Below, piece by piece: positions 1 through 13,308 of a stretch of DNA of 64,000 nucleotides (positions are counted from its first letter, which is position 1; each line of letters opens with the position of its first letter). The stretch is from Dicyema japonicum (Eukaryota; Animalia; Dicyemida), in assembly GCA_011109175.1 (NCBI GenBank), contig RDEW01000068.1, positions 101,621-165,620 on the forward strand, given 5' to 3'. Position numbers and translations under genes: made by a program. The notes beneath the pieces were generated by a model that was not told where the DNA came from, ran no database searches, and saw only the letters and a program-made list of their open reading frames with translations.

Positions 1-406
1 TAACTGAGTTCTACAAGGATCAGTTCTCTCCCATGATTTTTAATCATCACTTTCATTTTGCTATTTTTTCATAATTAGTATGGCTCTCGTGAAGTGCTTA
101 AATAATAATAATGACCCCAATATACTCAATTGGCGTAAATTTAGTAAAATGTTTATTTGTTTGATAGTCAATGAGTCTGGAAAGCGAGGTTGTTTCAAAA
201 AACTAAAAACTCATGAAATACTATTTTGCTTAATGAAAATTGCAATAAATATATTTTGGTCTCTAAATTATTTTAAAGAGAGTGAGGTATTTGGTGGATT
301 CTTTGAATGTGTCTAATGATTTGAAGATGGAAAGCACTATGATAAAATTTTAATTTAATTAATTTATTGAACCACAACCAACGTCATATCCAAAAATAAC
401 CAAATT

Positions 407-560
407 TCAAGTGATCCCAGACTCCTTCAACAGTCTCCGCATCTTTTCTCAGTGTTTCGACTGCGTCCCTGCGCATTCTCCTGACATGATGAGTCTCACC
501 GAAAAAGTGCCCGGATGTGTAGGAAGAGCCGTCCAGGAAAACTCCTAATTTTTGGTCCTT
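407..560 (-). mobile_element. 5'-truncated LINE 3' end (GIT* family)
   Basis: Minus strand reads AGTQSKH*EKMRRLLKESGIT*, matching the terminal motif seen at many other loci in the window. Confidence 0.6.
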
Positions 561-736
561 AGAATTTTAACTGAACGTAAAACGTCTGATGAAATCGGAT
601 CTGAAGGTCTTGGGTTCGAATCCGAAAAATGGATTTTTCAGCGAAGGTCGATTCTTGTCAAACAGATCCCACCCGTGAGACGACGAGTCCTTCTGGCACG
701 ACACAGCATTGAAAGGGATCTTCTTACTCTATCTTA

Positions 737-992
737 CCAAATCCTCTGGTGAAGATTACATTATGAAAACTCTTCCGCCGAAAAATGAAGTGATGTCTAC
801 GAAGTAGGACTTGTTATGAAAATGAAATAGGGCGGATCTACTTCTTCACCTTTATTCGGAAGCCTGTAATGTACTATTGGAAAATGGATTTTGGTCGGCA
901 CAAGCAGATGTTCTCCTTTTGGTTCCTTTCTTGAATTAATTTGTTATGACTTTTTGTGCTGAGCTTACCATTGTAAGGTGGGATTAATATTA
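737..992 (+). repeat. Dispersed repeat family B, copy 1 (probable retroposon 3' part)
   Basis: Aligns by eye with 24466-24730 and 48984-49075; ends GGGATTAATATTAAT, similar to the GGGGTTAATAATAA tail of the other copies. Confidence 0.7.
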
Positions 993-1169
993 ATCGTCTT
1001 ATCGGATACGTTCTCCTAACCCATTTAAAAAAAAGACCGTATCAAATCTCAATTTCTTATTTTTTCCAATTTGTCTTAAAAATTAAATTAAAAATTGAGG
1101 ACCGCGGTCCAGACCAGTCTTATGACAATCGAACAACGACTGAATCCTTGCTACAGTTTTCTTCACCAC

Positions 1170-1395
1170 TCTCTCTACTCGAATTCATCAAACATCCTTA
1201 TACAAGCATTTCCAGAACCAGTACTTTCTGTTTTTGTGACCGTGGGAACTGAAGTCATCTCCTACAGGTACATCACATGACGTCACTCAGAAGATAAGGA
1301 ACAGAGGAAAAGATGTTAAAAAATCTTCTCCTAAGTAGTTTGTGAGGAAAATCGAACCTAGATCCAATCGCTATAGTATGAAATTGTACCAACTA
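1170..1395 (-). mobile_element. Divergent tRNA-headed SINE
   Basis: Minus strand has an A-box-like TAGTTGGTA, a B-box GGTTCGATT, a pyrimidine tract and the core GTGACGTCATGTGATGTACCTGT shared with SINE family A. Confidence 0.55.
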
Positions 1396-1624
1396 ATGTA
1401 TCTGGTATGTTATGGGGTACATAATAATCTGAGATGGTATTACTTCCCAAAAGCTTTCGCCCATTGTATAAGTGGACTGAGATTAAAATAATGATCGCAA
1501 TTTAGACAGTTGAAAGTCAATAAAAATTTCCATTTCCTTCGACAAGCTCAGGCCTTGTCCTATTGTGCTATCAATTAAGCGGGATTTAATCAGACGTATT
1601 GAAAAAAAATTTTAAATTAAAGAA

Positions 1625-1915
1625 CAATCTTCACGAGTGCGCTTCAAGGGCTGTTCTGTAGCCGTCAAGGCGGAGAAGGCCAAACTCGGAAAATACGGCG
1701 ACCTTCCCGATAATGTCAAATTTGTTCCGCTTGCTATGGAGACTTCCGGTTTCTACTCCCCTCTATACTAGAGTTTTTAGGACGTCTTGGAAACCGGATC
1801 ACCTCATGCACTGGAGATCTCCGCGAACGCCGCTGGCTGTTTGAGCGAATTTCGCTCACAATTCTAAGATGGAACAGCCACGCAATGAGGGCGGCAGCTA
1901 ACTGATGTTTTGTTT
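1625..1915 (+). mobile_element. CRE-clade non-LTR retrotransposon 3' end (RLE C-terminus)
   Basis: Translates in pieces to KFVPLAMETSG and RRWLFERISLTILRWNS, the typical CRE/RLE terminus, followed by AATAAA. Confidence 0.7.
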
Positions 1916-2214
1916 TTAAAATTGAATAAAATTGATTTTCCTAAAAATTAAAATTTCGGGTAAAGAATTCATTCTTGTTTTTAGTCTTTTTGCGTAAAAT
2001 TACCTTCTTTTTTGCTTTTCCTTGGATTTTGTAAATAAAGTTCTTTAAATTAATAATTTCTGTAACAATTTCTCTTTTAAACAAATCAATTGTTAAAATT
2101 AAAAAAAATTTCTATGACCTAATTTATTAGACAGAGACAAATTTCTGTCTATTTCCATGCAAAGGAAAACCGATTGACTCAAAAGTTATGTCTCAATCGG
2201 CTCTTTCGTACTTT

Positions 2215-2335
2215 AGTAGGGACAATGGAGGACACATACGTTGGATGGCGAAGTTGATTGCGGGAACTTGGATCACCTAACTGTTTTTATGTCTTTCTTT
2301 CCCATTGATCTCGGACTTCTAAATTAATAAATTTC
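2215..2335 (+). mobile_element. LINE 3' end (GIT* family)
   Basis: GGHIRWMAKLIAGTWIT* (stop ends at 2280) followed by the shared T/C-rich 3' UTR. Confidence 0.55.
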
Positions 2336-2622
2336 TACAAATATCAAAAGACTTGAACAACTCTCCTGTGTTCTGATAAGATTGGAGTTCTATTCAATAC
2401 ATCAGTTTGCAAAGCCATCATACCATCTATATGGAAACTTGCTCATGTGCCATTAATTCTGAAATCTAAAAGACTAAAAGATAATCCAGCCTCATTCATG
2501 TCTGTCTTGCTCTATTTCAACGTCAAAATTGTCGGAAAACTAGTCCTTCTGAAATTAAGTACGTTCTACTTGCCATGTCAATTCAGCACGTGTTCAAAAT
2601 AGAACCCTCAAATTCCACCACA

Positions 2623-2965
2623 GATTTCTTCCGGATTGGATCTTCCAACAAACCCAGACATATAAAGATTTTTTTTCCGCCCGCCACACATTTTTGGCTT
2701 AACTTTATTTTAAGAACAAGAGAGAGAACAAGTTATCCAAATGAGCTAATTAATCCAAATGGAGACGATAATCTCTAAGTGGTGATCGATATGTACGAAA
2801 CTCTATAACGTTCTATCGGAATCCTTTCATGTTTGGAAATTCCTGTTGATGGACAGGAATATGACGGCGTAACTCGTCAAACCCGGTCGTTGCTTCGGGT
2901 ACAGGCAGCACTGGGAATCGAACCTGCAACCAACAAGTTAGCTACAGTTACTCAACCACTAAGCA
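2623..2965 (-). mobile_element. tRNA-headed SINE (family C) flanked by 35-bp direct repeats
   Basis: Minus-strand head TAGTGGTTGAG...GGTTCGATTCC; core TTGACGAGTTACGCCGTCA; identical ACGTGTTCAAAATAGAACCCTCAAATTCCACCACA at 2588-2622 and 2966-3000. Confidence 0.7.
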
Positions 2966-3206
2966 ACGTGTTCAAAATAGAACCCTCAAATTCCACCACA
3001 TAGAAGACTATTGGAAAATATTCTGATCAGAAATCTCTGGAAACCTTAAGCTTTGAGTGGCTTATTTTCTTAGCGGTCAGACGTAAAGTATTTGGAGTGG
3101 AGATTTAAGATCGGCATTACGACTTCTAGTTATCTCTTTTATATATTGTACAACCTACTTATGGCTGATTTTCTTATCAAAGAAAACGAAACCTAATCCT
3201 GATAAC

Positions 3207-4571
3207 TAGGGCAAAATAAGTCAATAAAGTCAATTTCAATTTATAATTTAATTTAATAACCCCGGATAGACCGAGAAAGAAGTTGAAGTAAACAACTAAT
3301 TAAGTGTATCCAGTTTCCACTTCAACAGAAACAGAGTCCATCCGGAATCAGCATAAAGGTAAAAGACGTCCATTACATGCAGTTGTGGAAACCCCTCCAC
3401 TGGAGTGGGGAAGAGCAAATGATCCTTTTTCGTGCCAGCCTGGCACTGGGCGTCACCTAGACAGGTGGATCACATGACGCCACTCTAATAGGAAAAGAGG
3501 AGGAATAGACAAGCAAGTAGAAACTTCAATCAATTAACCACGCAGCACCACATGGTGCCACGCGGCTTATTAATAAACTGATATTGGAAGTACAAAATTT
3601 GTTAATTGTCTTGTTGGAATATTGGAAAAACCAGAATCTTCTTACCTTTTTGATTGTATAAAAATCGATTCATCTCCCAATTCGTCAATTATCATTTAAC
3701 TGATTGACGACATTATTCGTAAAATTTATGTTGAAAGAAACAATTTTTCTCTTCTCATTACTGATGCTGCTCCATATATGGTTTCTGCAGGAGCAACTCT
3801 TAAACAATTATATTCCAATTTATACCACATCACATGTGTCGCTCATCTAATTCACAATTGTGTTTTTAAAATTAAAGTTTTTTATCCCCAAATCGACAAG
3901 CTGATTGCTTCTATTAAAGCACTTGTTGTGAAAAACAATTATCGCAGACAACTATTTAAAGATATTGGATATCCACCAGAACCAATTATAACCAGATGGG
4001 GAACCTCGCTTAAGGCTGTTATTATGCCAAGAATCTGCCAAATGTTATTCAAAAATGCACTATCCTAGAAGAGATTCTTTACTCATTAAAAGAGCATAAG
4101 AATGTTTATTAAATGATAAACTGCACGAAGATTTAACAAACATAATATCGCAATATTATCCTTTATTGCATGTGCTTGATGACATAGAATCAACTAATTT
4201 TACTATAATAAAGCATATTGCACTCCAACAACAATGGATTTTAAAGAAGACATTTGTGGCATAAAAATTATATTGAAAAAAGAATTAATTCCAATGATAT
4301 CAAAAAATAATAAATTTGGAAAATCAATTGATTTCACCTGTGGACTATTCTTTACTGCTAGAATGTCCGGCAACATCGTGTGCAGTGGAAAGATCATTTT
4401 CGATTCTTAATAAGATCTTAACAAAGGATAGGAATTTTAAGGCAGATAATGTAAAATATTACTTAATTGTAAATAACTCATTATAACAATTTTTAATTTT
4501 GTTATTTACTTTATTGATTAATTTAAAAAATCGATTTTTAGTTTTTTTAGGTCAATAATTATGTTGCCCTA
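3207..4571 (+). mobile_element. hAT-superfamily DNA transposon, internally deleted and degenerate transposase
   Basis: TIRs TAGGGCAAAATAA / TTATGTTGCCCTA; 8-bp TSD CTGATAAC at 3199-3206 and 4572-4579; protein motifs LITDAAPYM, CVAHLIHNC, ITRWGT, CSVERSFS. Confidence 0.9.
3255..3566 (-). mobile_element. SINE family A copy nested in the hAT element
   Basis: High similarity to 22481, 47841, 49081 and 53586 copies; GCCGCGTGGC head and CCGGGGTTATTA tail on the minus strand. Confidence 0.85.
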
Positions 4572-4879
4572 CTGATAACTTATATGTAAGACATTGTCAT
4601 GATCTCGTGATCTTGATATTCAGGTTGCAACAACACCTGGAGCATCTTAACGTGTGGTTAGAGGACAAACACATATCAATTATCCCTGAGACTTCTGACA
4701 GAAAACTAAGCAGACGGACAGTGGAGCTAATACCGACCATACATAGTCACAGAAAAGTGGATTTCTGAAAAGAAAAGCCAAACTCTGATGTCCCTGGAGT
4801 CATTACACTCAATCCCATAAATGATGACCCAATTCCCATAAATGTTGTAATTCGGAAAAATGGTGCGGAATGTCCGTTC

Positions 4880-4990
4880 TATCAACAGTTTTTTTTCCAG
4901 AACATGCTTATGGGGGCTCGAGAGAGGATCACCGTCCCAAGCTGAGGGCATTGTTGGAATTTGGAATTTGTTGTTATCACTTAGTTCTGG
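4880..4990 (+). mobile_element. LINE 3' end (GIT* family, degenerate)
   Basis: HAYGGSREDHRPKLRALLEFGI followed by ATCACTTAGTT. Confidence 0.5.
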
Positions 4991-5039
4991 GTTCTTACCG
5001 GTGGTTTTGGATTAATAAATCAAAACTCAGGCACCAACT

Positions 5040-5530
5040 GAAGAGAACTGATCAACAAGGAGATCCCCTTGGACCCCTAATGTTTGTCTTGCAATAGAGA
5101 AAATATCCAAGCTTCTGCGCTCGCCCATCAACCAATGGCATCTGGATGATGCGGTCCTCGGAGGACCCTTGGATACTGTTTTCCGGGATTTGGAAGTGAT
5201 AATTCCAGCACCGTTGGAAGTTGCATGGAATTAAATTGCACTAAATGCGAAATCTACAATTTCATACTTTCAGAAGAGAAGTATTTAAAAGTTTTGTCAT
5301 CTTCCGGAAATTTACTGCATGGAAGTAGTTCCACACCCGAAAGATCTCAATCTCCAATCACCATAAACACAATGAGAAAATCTATGCGTGAAAAACGATT
5401 GTTACTTGGAGAGACTCTGGACCTCTTGTGTCTACCTGACATGCATATGTCATTATTCTTTCTGAAAAACAGTCTCAGTGGGATAAATGAGAGGATACAT
5501 CGACCCAAAAAGCTAAATCGGCAATCCACT
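5040..5530 (+). mobile_element. CRE-like reverse transcriptase fragment
   Basis: QQGDPLGPLMFVL and WHLDDAVLGG motifs, frameshifted. Confidence 0.7.
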
Positions 5531-6099
5531 TCTTACTGTTCAACAAAGCATGAAATTTTTAAAATTTTAATAATTGTCGTATGTCATGTGAACCCGGGTT
5601 GTTGATACTGTCATGGTTGATAAGACCAATTTATCACCTGAAAACATTAACAACCACTAAGTTTTGTTTCAAGAGAAACAAAATAGAGATGTCAAATCCC
5701 CAAGGAAAATAGAGAAGTAGAATCCTGAAGTAAAATAGAGATGTTAAATCCCCAAGGAAAAGAACCAAATATAAGGTTACTTTAAAGAAAATTCGATAAC
5801 AAAACTCGACAAAATTTATTATAGGGGTTTAAATTAGTCCGCCTTTGCGGCCTGGACACTCCCGACCTCCTCCTTCTCCATTATTAATTTGCGTTCTAGT
5901 GTCGGGATCCGCGAATCCTGTTTTCCACAATCTGCTTAATTGGGGCAAGAATCCCATCTTCTTCAGTACTCAAGACGTCGCATAGTATTCTGCTTGGGTT
6001 AACTTTATCGCTGATCTTCTAGATTTTTCAGTAGTGATAAAATTCTATCCCTTTTCGTTGATAGGAACCACGCTTCGCATCCATATAACAGTTTCGGTA

Positions 6100-6680
6100 G
6101 GATTATTCTCATGAAAATAAAAAGAAAGGTCTATCGTATAAGGCTGTACATGATGGCTTCTTGAACGGTTGATTCTATAAAGTTTGACTTCTCTGTTGAG
6201 AGTTTATCCCTCTCCAGACACACCAGTCTTGCACTCGGTCAATATATATCCTTAGTATTCTTTCGGAGAGAGTCGACCTCCCAGACATATCCATGATTAG
6301 GATGTCGTCCGCGTATATTAATAGTTTAGAGTTAGGGTCCGACGGAGTTGGGAAGTCTAATAAGATGTTGAACAGTAGGGGTTCAAGACAGAGCCCTGCG
6401 GAACACCCTCTTTAGTAGGACGTTCCGGATACATATCCTCCGATACGCACATTAGAAGTCCGTTTCGTTAGGAATCAAGATGATCTTCCTTTCATTGTAC
6501 TTCTGGCGAATTATTCTTTTATAGATTTTCCAGAAAGAGGGATCTTTGGCGTCCAGCTTGCTTGCCTCGACCTTCCAATCTTGTTTCCTCTTTGATAGCT
6601 CTTTTGTTTATCTTCGGTCAATTAGTCAGAGCCATTCGGTCAACGGTCACACATCTTCTTAGCTTGGTTCTCAGACGGTT
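6100..6680 (-). mobile_element. LINE RT remnant
   Basis: Minus strand GVPQGS...PLLFNI and LLIYADDILI. Confidence 0.7.
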
Positions 6681-6681
6681 T

Positions 6682-7336
6682 TTTCTTTGATTAACCCCAA
6701 GGTAATGGGTGAAATGTCGATTATCTTCTTGCGGCTAGCATTCGAAATTTCTTCTTGCCATGTAGTAGCTTGGCACTGGGCGTTACCTGACAAGTGAATT
6801 ACATGAAGCCACTGTAATAGGTAGAACAGGAGGAACAGATTAAAAAACAGCTACGTAGCATCGCATGGCGCAACGCGGCGAAACAAAAGATTCAAAAACA
6901 ACATTATTAATTTAAAAAATCTTATCATTGACGGTTTCAATCCCCCAATGCCTCATCAGGACGGCGTTAATTTCAATCGATATTCAAATAAGTTCGGCCC
7001 CAATCTCGAGGACTCGCCTCTTCAAACGTTACGTCCAGCCAGAAGGTTTTACTAATAAATTAATAATTAATGAGATAACATAATTATTAAAACAAATAAT
7101 AATTTAATTCCCTTAAAACCAAAAGTTATCAAATATAACGATAAAATTATTCAATTATAAGGTACGAATGATTCGTATTTGAAATGAATTTTAGATGAAA
7201 TAAAAGAATTAAACAATATAGAGGAAACAACAAAAATTATGCCGATCAATTTAATTAATTCTGTATATTTTTTTATTTAAATGTTTTATTGAAATACTAC
7301 AATAAATATTTTTTAATTTTGTTTATTATTCGTCCA
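6682..7336 (-). pseudogene. Inverted paralog of 53428-55600: cathepsin locus with the coding body deleted
   Basis: 6682-7095 matches 55190-55600, 7095-7160 matches 54975-55045, 7160-7336 matches 53428-53935 (all reverse complement); the start ATG reads TTG here. Confidence 0.75.
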
Positions 7337-7506
7337 TATTATTTATTTTTATCTGATCCATCCATACAGGATGGATTGGTTGAACAATCGAAGCCAACAA
7401 GTATCGACATTATCAAAGGAATAACGGATGGGGTCTGACCTAAAGTGATCAGAAGATCACCCAACCCCAACGATTTTTTGTAATTCCAAGGGAAGAGTAT
7501 CGATTC

Positions 7507-7830
7507 TTCAATTATTCTGTTACACGGCGTAGTCGGGTCCAGTCTAAGAATATGTCCAAATAGTTGCCATCTCGATAGAACAACGTCCATTCTAATTGGT
7601 GTAGATTTACATAGAGCATAGTTTCTCGCTTGAGATTTTTCTTGGCCAGAAGATTTAGTCAGTATGCGCAGTTGGCTTCTGTGGAAAGTATCTAGCCTCT
7701 CTAAATCGATTTTTGAGGTTCCCAATGTTCCGGAATTGTATATCAGTATTGGCTTGATAAACGTGTCGTATAGTCTGACACGAAGTTTCAGTGATACATG
7801 CCTCTTTCTTATCCAGATGTTGTACATTTT
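7507..7830 (-). mobile_element. RTE-like LINE C-terminal fragment
   Basis: LYDTFIKPILIYNSGT, LDTFHRSQLR, WQLFGHILRL; mirror copy at 61590-61920. Confidence 0.75.
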
Positions 7831-8102
7831 TTTTAAATGTTTTTATATTTATCTTTAATTTGTATTGTATTCTTCTGGATAACGGGATATTCCTCTTCAA
7901 TGGGGGTCAAAACACTAAATTGGTGGTTAATTTGTCTCAGGGCCAAGATGATACCAGTAAGGATCATTTGTTATCCCCATTTCACTGGATCATTCCTTGG
8001 AGGGAGTACTGGTCTATCTGCTTGTGAGTTATGAAAATTAATTAATGTACGGTAGTATATTGAAATGAGTCCATAATTAATGCTACTTGCGTAAAAGACA
8101 AA

Positions 8103-10343
8103 ATGTTCTGGGTGGTTGCATGTTTTATACAACTGAGTGGACAAAGGGAAAAATGCGTACGATTCATCAGACTCAAAGACGAAAAGTGCCGATTAATGGT
8201 AGGAGGTGGTAATATACAAATTCAAATTCATCACTACGAAAAATATGATAAAAATATTACTACCTCATTGAGAAAATTTCTTGATGATGTTATAAAAACT
8301 TATAATTTGGCATCAACATAGAGGTACTGTTGAATTGCGAGGGAGAGAAGATCAGATCAGAAATCGAAAATATATTAGTAAGCACCTCCTTCAAACAGTA
8401 AACTTGAATAGTCAGGATATATTTAGAGTCAAAAAATGTACAGTAGAAGAACCAAGCAAAGTCAGAATTGAGTATAAAAGCAAGAGCATCGAGATAAAGG
8501 AAATTAAATACCAGAACTCTTTCGATATGAATCTGAAGATCCCCAACTCACAGTCAAGTTATCTTTCTTCGTATTTACGGACGAATTGGCAGAAACCATC
8601 AGTCAAATTTACCACAAAACTAAAAAAAAGAGTCGTACTGTTCACTGATGGAGATAAAGAAGTCGTAAATTTCGTCAAAAAATTAAATAAAAAAGGAGTG
8701 TGCGTAGCAAAAGACCCATCTTCTTTGGATTTGAATGATGACGAAATTATTATCCTTATTCGTGAGGATGTCTCCCCTTATATAAATTCTTATGTAAATG
8801 CCAATACGAAGGGAATTATAATTGCTGTCCCCACAAATGTCTTCAATACATCGACTTTTCGAAAAGTCCCCAATCTGTACATAATATCTCACAATTTCAT
8901 CAATGTTGGACTTTCACATCAACTTCGCTCGCATTGATAAATTCATGGAAGGCAACAGAGGCATCATGTTGATTGCAGCAATCTCCATTGCAAATAATGC
9001 TCTCACACGATGTTCTGGAGGTTACTCGTTTTAGTAAAAATAGAAAGTCAGTGTGATAATATAATGCAGGAGATGCTAAAGGGAACAGATATAACAAACC
9101 CTCCTCTAACATTCTCGGAATATGGAAAAATACAAATTTCACAAATAATAATTTTCCCTCAAACAGACCCATTAGGAAATCTAATCCACTACGAATTATT
9201 ATCCACGGATAAGACATGGGTTAAAAAAATAATGGGGGATGTAGATTCAACCAAAAATAGCTTGGAATGCCCGTATGGTCATGCGAAAGTAATCGAGACA
9301 AGCATATGCGTTAGGTGCATAAAATGTGAAGAGAATTCATTTGTGAATGAAACAGAGAAAAAATGCCAAAAATGTCCTTATGAAATGATCCCTGCTAAAG
9401 ATTTCTTAAATTCGTAGTTTTTTGGTGGTAACTTTCAGGTGTCGGACAATTAATTTTACGACCTACATTCTTACAAATAATTCTAAGCTAACGATTTTTT
9501 ACATAATGACGGCCGACTTTATCGTCATCTTTATATTCGTGATTATCTTCATTTCCAAGTCAAAATCAAAGCTATTCGTGTACACTGACCTGTCCATCCA
9601 CGTAAACCTTTTTATCTCCAAATTCATGATCTACTTTTCCGGTGTGTTTACGTTCACATTCCTCTCTAATAAAATATGTTGGGTATGTTGTGCTGTAATA
9701 CCTCAGATTTATTACTTCCTCCCCAATCTCTCAGTCTCCATTATTTACTTGTCGATTCTCGTAAGAATTGTGAAAATCTACAGGAACAAAATGTTAGTAA
9801 GGATCCTTACTGATGAGGAGAAAAGCCGAGTATTCAAAAAGGACTCCAAATTTACTTTTATTATCACAGCCATTTTAATCTTCCTGCACGTTTGTCCCAT
9901 ATTTAACTATACAGGCTATATTTTACTTTGGAATCACCTTCACTGGGAGAACGAAGTATTATATCAAAACTGAAACCTTCGTCAAGCATAAGTACCCCCT
10001 ATGTCTTAAAAGTAATTTGAATTATTGGCTTCTCATCGTCATAACATTTCTCCCCCTTTTTGTCATCATCTATATTGCTTACTTGAAGAGAAAGAGCAGC
10101 AAAAACTACAACGAGGTGAAGGCCATTATTGCTGGGGTTGCTATTATTCTCGGGATTTGGGTGATGTATCTCCCCAGTCTTGGCAAGTCAGACGCGATTT
10201 ATGGGATCTTTATTGATTATCTTATCCTTACCGTCCACGGATCCGTCATTATTTTTATTATCACTGGAACTAAATTGTATGCTATTTTTTTTGTGGATGA
10301 AAAGAATCAAATCCTACAAAAATATACTCTTTTTGCGATGTGA
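8103..10343 (+). pseudogene. Class C GPCR copy 1; exon 1 has about four 1-2 nt indels relative to copy 2 (pseudogene or consensus error)
   Basis: Introns 9021-9043, 9414-9438, 9890-9914; Cys-rich linker; 7TM region with NYNEVKAI (mGluR-like NFNEAK). Confidence 0.7.
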
Positions 10344-11149
10344 CATTAATTAGCATTTAACGGATTTAATAATAGTTCAGAGATCTTGGCCAACTTATTA
10401 GCTTTATAGGTTCTCAGTCTTTGTTGAGTTCCTTGTTCACTTAACTCTAGAGTCGATTAGTGTCGACCATTTGCTCTTTTCCATTTTACTGGATCAAAGG
10501 GTCCCCAACAATTCGGTTCAAGCAAATGATCTTTTATTATGGAGGTTCAATAATCTCGTATTCCTCAACCTACTACCTATCGTTTGGTAAGAGATGGGGA
10601 TAAACCTGATGGTCGTGGGGGAAATTATCAGAAGCAGTCCATAATGAGTGATTTCATTAAAGACTATTAAGTCAAAGTTCTAACAGATCTTCCTGGTTGT
10701 AACAAAAAGTTATATCTACGGGGGCAGTATTCATGTACTTGGACCCATTAATCACTAAGAGAGTAAGGATTTTACCTGAGAAAGCCAATAAATTAGAAAA
10801 TAGAGAAAAGTGCTAAGTTTTTGCGCAAAAATATAGATTGACCACGTCATCACTGATTCATCACTAAGGAACGTCTCGGAGACTCACATCCAAGCAAAAA
10901 AGAACAAAAATTAAGAACACTCATGATTTTTTGATTAATTAGCATGACTGCTCTTCTTTCTGAAATGAATCGAGTCGTCGTAAAGAAACGTCTCCAATAC
11001 TCCGCTTGGAATGTGGTTGTGCCAGGACCCACTTTCGGAGAAGTTCTGGACAACATACAATCAAAGTGTTGGTGGTTGTGATTCCAGTATTTTTTTAAAT
11101 TATTTTTGCAAACAACATCTTCCAGACTTAGTTTTAGGTTCAGAAATGG

Positions 11150-11270
11150 AGGAGGTGCGAATAAGAACGATTCCAGTTTTTTAGGTCCACTACATGCTTG
11201 TGTTGGATCGAGGAAAGATCACCGGGCCAAGCTGAGAGTCCTATTGAAATTCGCCGGGATCACATAATTT
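11150..11270 (+). mobile_element. LINE 3' end (GIT* family)
   Basis: PLHACVGSRKDHRAKLRVLLKFAGIT*; mirrored at 58145-58260. Confidence 0.65.
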
Positions 11271-11669
11271 TTTGTTTTTGTCTTTAACTGTGGTCTTTGG
11301 AAATAAATTTCAATTTCAAATAAAGTCAAAATTTTTATTGATTTTTATTTTTTAATTTTTCTAGTTTTTAAATAAAATACTAGCGTGGGATCCATTATCA
11401 TCATTCACGGTGAGCCGCGTTCAATCAAGAATGAAATTGAAAAGATTGAGTCTGTTTTAGAAAATATCTTGATGAATTTTCTACCAATTCACAAAGAAAT
11501 GTGGGACATCTATAACTGCAAAAAAGCAATTTTTATTGAATCACATAGATCGTCTAAGAAACATATCAAACTAGCAGGTTTATTATCTTTATTACTATTT
11601 CGCCAGACAACATAACCACATGTGAACTGAAGCACCTAGGCCATCGAACCCTGGAACTATTAGTCTATA

Positions 11670-12925
11670 TATTCAACCTATCCATTAACACAATCCTGAA
11701 ATATGGAAGAAGTCTCTAATCAAACCTATTCGAAAACCTAACAATAAATGAACCATCTTCCTACGCCCAATATCTATTCTGAGTCCGGTCTCAAGGATCC
11801 TTGAAAGGCTTGTTCTGGAAAAAGTACAAGACTCAATTTCAATACCTTCGACCCAGCACGGATTCCGGGGTAACCATTCGACCACAACACACCTCACACA
11901 ATTCATTGCGGAAGGATTTAACTATCCCAAACTCGATCTGAGGACAGTACTTATATCCGTGGACATCACAAAAGCGTTCGACTCAGTCCCTAGGAAAGTC
12001 CCTACAAAGAAAATATTTGAAACCAACATCCATCCGAACTGAAACTTTGGCTTAGAAACTTCTTCAATGGAAGACGCAACAATATCAAATCAAGATCTCG
12101 CTACTTTCCAAATGGAGTCCCTCGAGGCTCCCACTGTCACCCCAACTCTTAATCTTTACATAAACGACATGCCACAAACCTGTAATGAAAACTGTCTAAT
12201 CCTCTCCTGTGCCGACGATATCATTCTTGTCTCCAAGGACGGAAGCATTCAATCAGCGACTCAGTCCGCTCAACAAATGCTTGACAAGCTGGAACTATGG
12301 CTCTCGAAGCGGAGACTCGACACATCAGCAACAAAGTCCTTTGTCACACTGTTTACCAGCTACAAAAGACAGCTCTTTATCGAACCAAAAGTCTTTATGA
12401 AGAACGAATCCATTTCTATTAACAAAACACTGAAGATTCTGGGAGTCACATTTGATCAGGGACTCAACTTTATCCGACATGTTGAGAACAAAGTAACTTT
12501 TGTTCTGAAGAAAATGAAATTTTTAAAATTGCTCTCAAAAACACTTAGAGACCAAACTGGTGTCCTTGCCACGATTTATGAACAATTTATCCGACCAACG
12601 ATGACCTATGCAAGTCCTTCATGGGCAATGCAGGTTTCACGATCTTCCTCATTGAAACTAACCGCAATCGAGAAGACTACAATAAGGATAATTGGACCAG
12701 AAAACAAAATCCAACCCATTGAAAATTTTTTTAATTGAATTACAACGGAAACTCTTAAAGGAGTCTATTTTACCGAGCTGCTCTCTATTCCATTCACTAT
12801 CGAATTATCTACAATCATACAGAAATTTTGAGCCGATGCCATGTCCAATGAGAAGAGCTGTTCAGGATTCTAGACCCCGCCGGACTCGTCCTTCCTTTGT
12901 CGGTCTGGGATCACTTAGTTCGATG
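11670..12925 (+). mobile_element. Degenerate LINE RT through C-terminus
   Basis: RPISILSPVSRILERL, DITKAFDSV, LYINDMP, CADDI, LGVTFD, YEQFIRPTMTYAS; ends GGGATCACTTAG. Confidence 0.8.
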
Positions 12926-13039
12926 AGAACTTTTATTTCTTACTCTTTGACCCAGTGATCCTGGGGGTAATAATAATTATTTATTTTTTATCTGATTCAT
13001 CCATACAGGATGGATTGGTTGAACAATCGAGGCCAATAA

Positions 13040-13290
13040 GCATCGACATTATTGTATCAAGATGGAGACTGTTTGGGCACGTGCTTAAAATGGACATGTA
13101 CGCTTCTGCAAATATAATAATGGACAATTACTTTAACAATGAGAACAAACCATGGTTCAGAGGAAGACTCAGAGTCACTCTACCCGTGGCTCTGAACAAG
13201 GATCTTAATGGAATTGGAAGAAAACTTAAATCTGCAGAAGACCTAGAAGATCTACGGACAGATGCGCAAAGCAGAAGGCGATGGAGACGC
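13040..13290 (+). mobile_element. RTE-like LINE 3' fragment
   Basis: RWRLFGHVLKM...RGRLRVTLP; near-identical to 45655-45830. Confidence 0.75.
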
Positions 13291-13308
13291 CTACATCCAA
13301 GAATACTG

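Larger units (their letters stand above)
7507..12142 (+). repeat. Left arm of ~4.6-kb inverted duplication
   Basis: Reverse complement of 57292-61920; the ORF track shows mirror ORFs of the same length (135, 183 and 108 aa). Confidence 0.95.

Noticed and set aside
80-316. 78-aa ORF at the window start
   Set aside because: Low-complexity AT-rich composition with no motif
2588-3000. CRISPR-like 35-bp direct repeats
   Set aside because: Only two copies 378 bp apart around a SINE, in a eukaryotic context with no cas genes; better read as a TSD
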